64,000 bases of DNA from contig CM082580.2 of NCBI GenBank assembly GCA_040954595.2, forward strand, positions 2,780,783 through 2,844,782, in the 5' to 3' direction. This DNA is from Balanoglossus misakiensis. Taxonomy: Eukaryota; Animalia; Hemichordata. Within the stretch, counting starts at the first letter, position 1; every line of letters begins with the position of its first letter. Shown here piece by piece: positions 63,873-64,000 of this stretch. The position numbers and the translations under genes are program-made. The notes beneath the pieces were generated by a model, which had not been told where the DNA came from, did no database searches, and saw only the letters and a list, made by a program, of their open reading frames with translations.

Positions 63873-64000
63873 GGCTGAACAAGTTTTAAAACAGAATACG
63901 CTTGTGTGGTATAACTTTCACCATAAATTTGTTTTGTAGGATATGAGAGTAAAAATCTCGCCAAAATGAATAAACGGTAAACACCGATTATTCATTTTGG

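Noticed and set aside
1-64000. tRNA, rRNA, snoRNA, CRISPR or prokaryotic systems
   Set aside because: None recognisable by eye; a covariance-model scan (Infernal/Rfam) would be needed to exclude small intronic RNAs.

Overview
AT-rich, intron-containing eukaryotic DNA, most consistent with an invertebrate deuterostome such as a hemichordate (inference). Six protein-coding genes form three divergent pairs: PAXIP1/PTIP (minus, 17 coding exons, about 902 aa) with an intronless PLK4 (plus, 974 aa); an acidic, probably N-acylated 522-aa protein (minus) with SIAH (plus, 4 coding exons); and an intronless ELOVL3/6-type elongase (minus) with a prolyl 3-hydroxylase (plus, 10 exons, ends HDEL). Introns and intergenic DNA are dense with decayed Tigger/pogo transposases, LINE fragments and non-autonomous DNA transposons with TTAA, TA, TAA, 7-bp and 9-bp target duplications (TSDs). 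The three main observations are: (1) a U12-type AT-AC last intron in PAXIP1; (2) five unrelated 14-29 bp CA..TG palindromes, each flanked by a 7-bp direct repeat, resembling P-superfamily excision footprints or ultra-short elements, one supported by an empty paralogous site; (3) strong enrichment of TACATGTA, with one clear insertion case. Exon boundaries and counts were read by eye.
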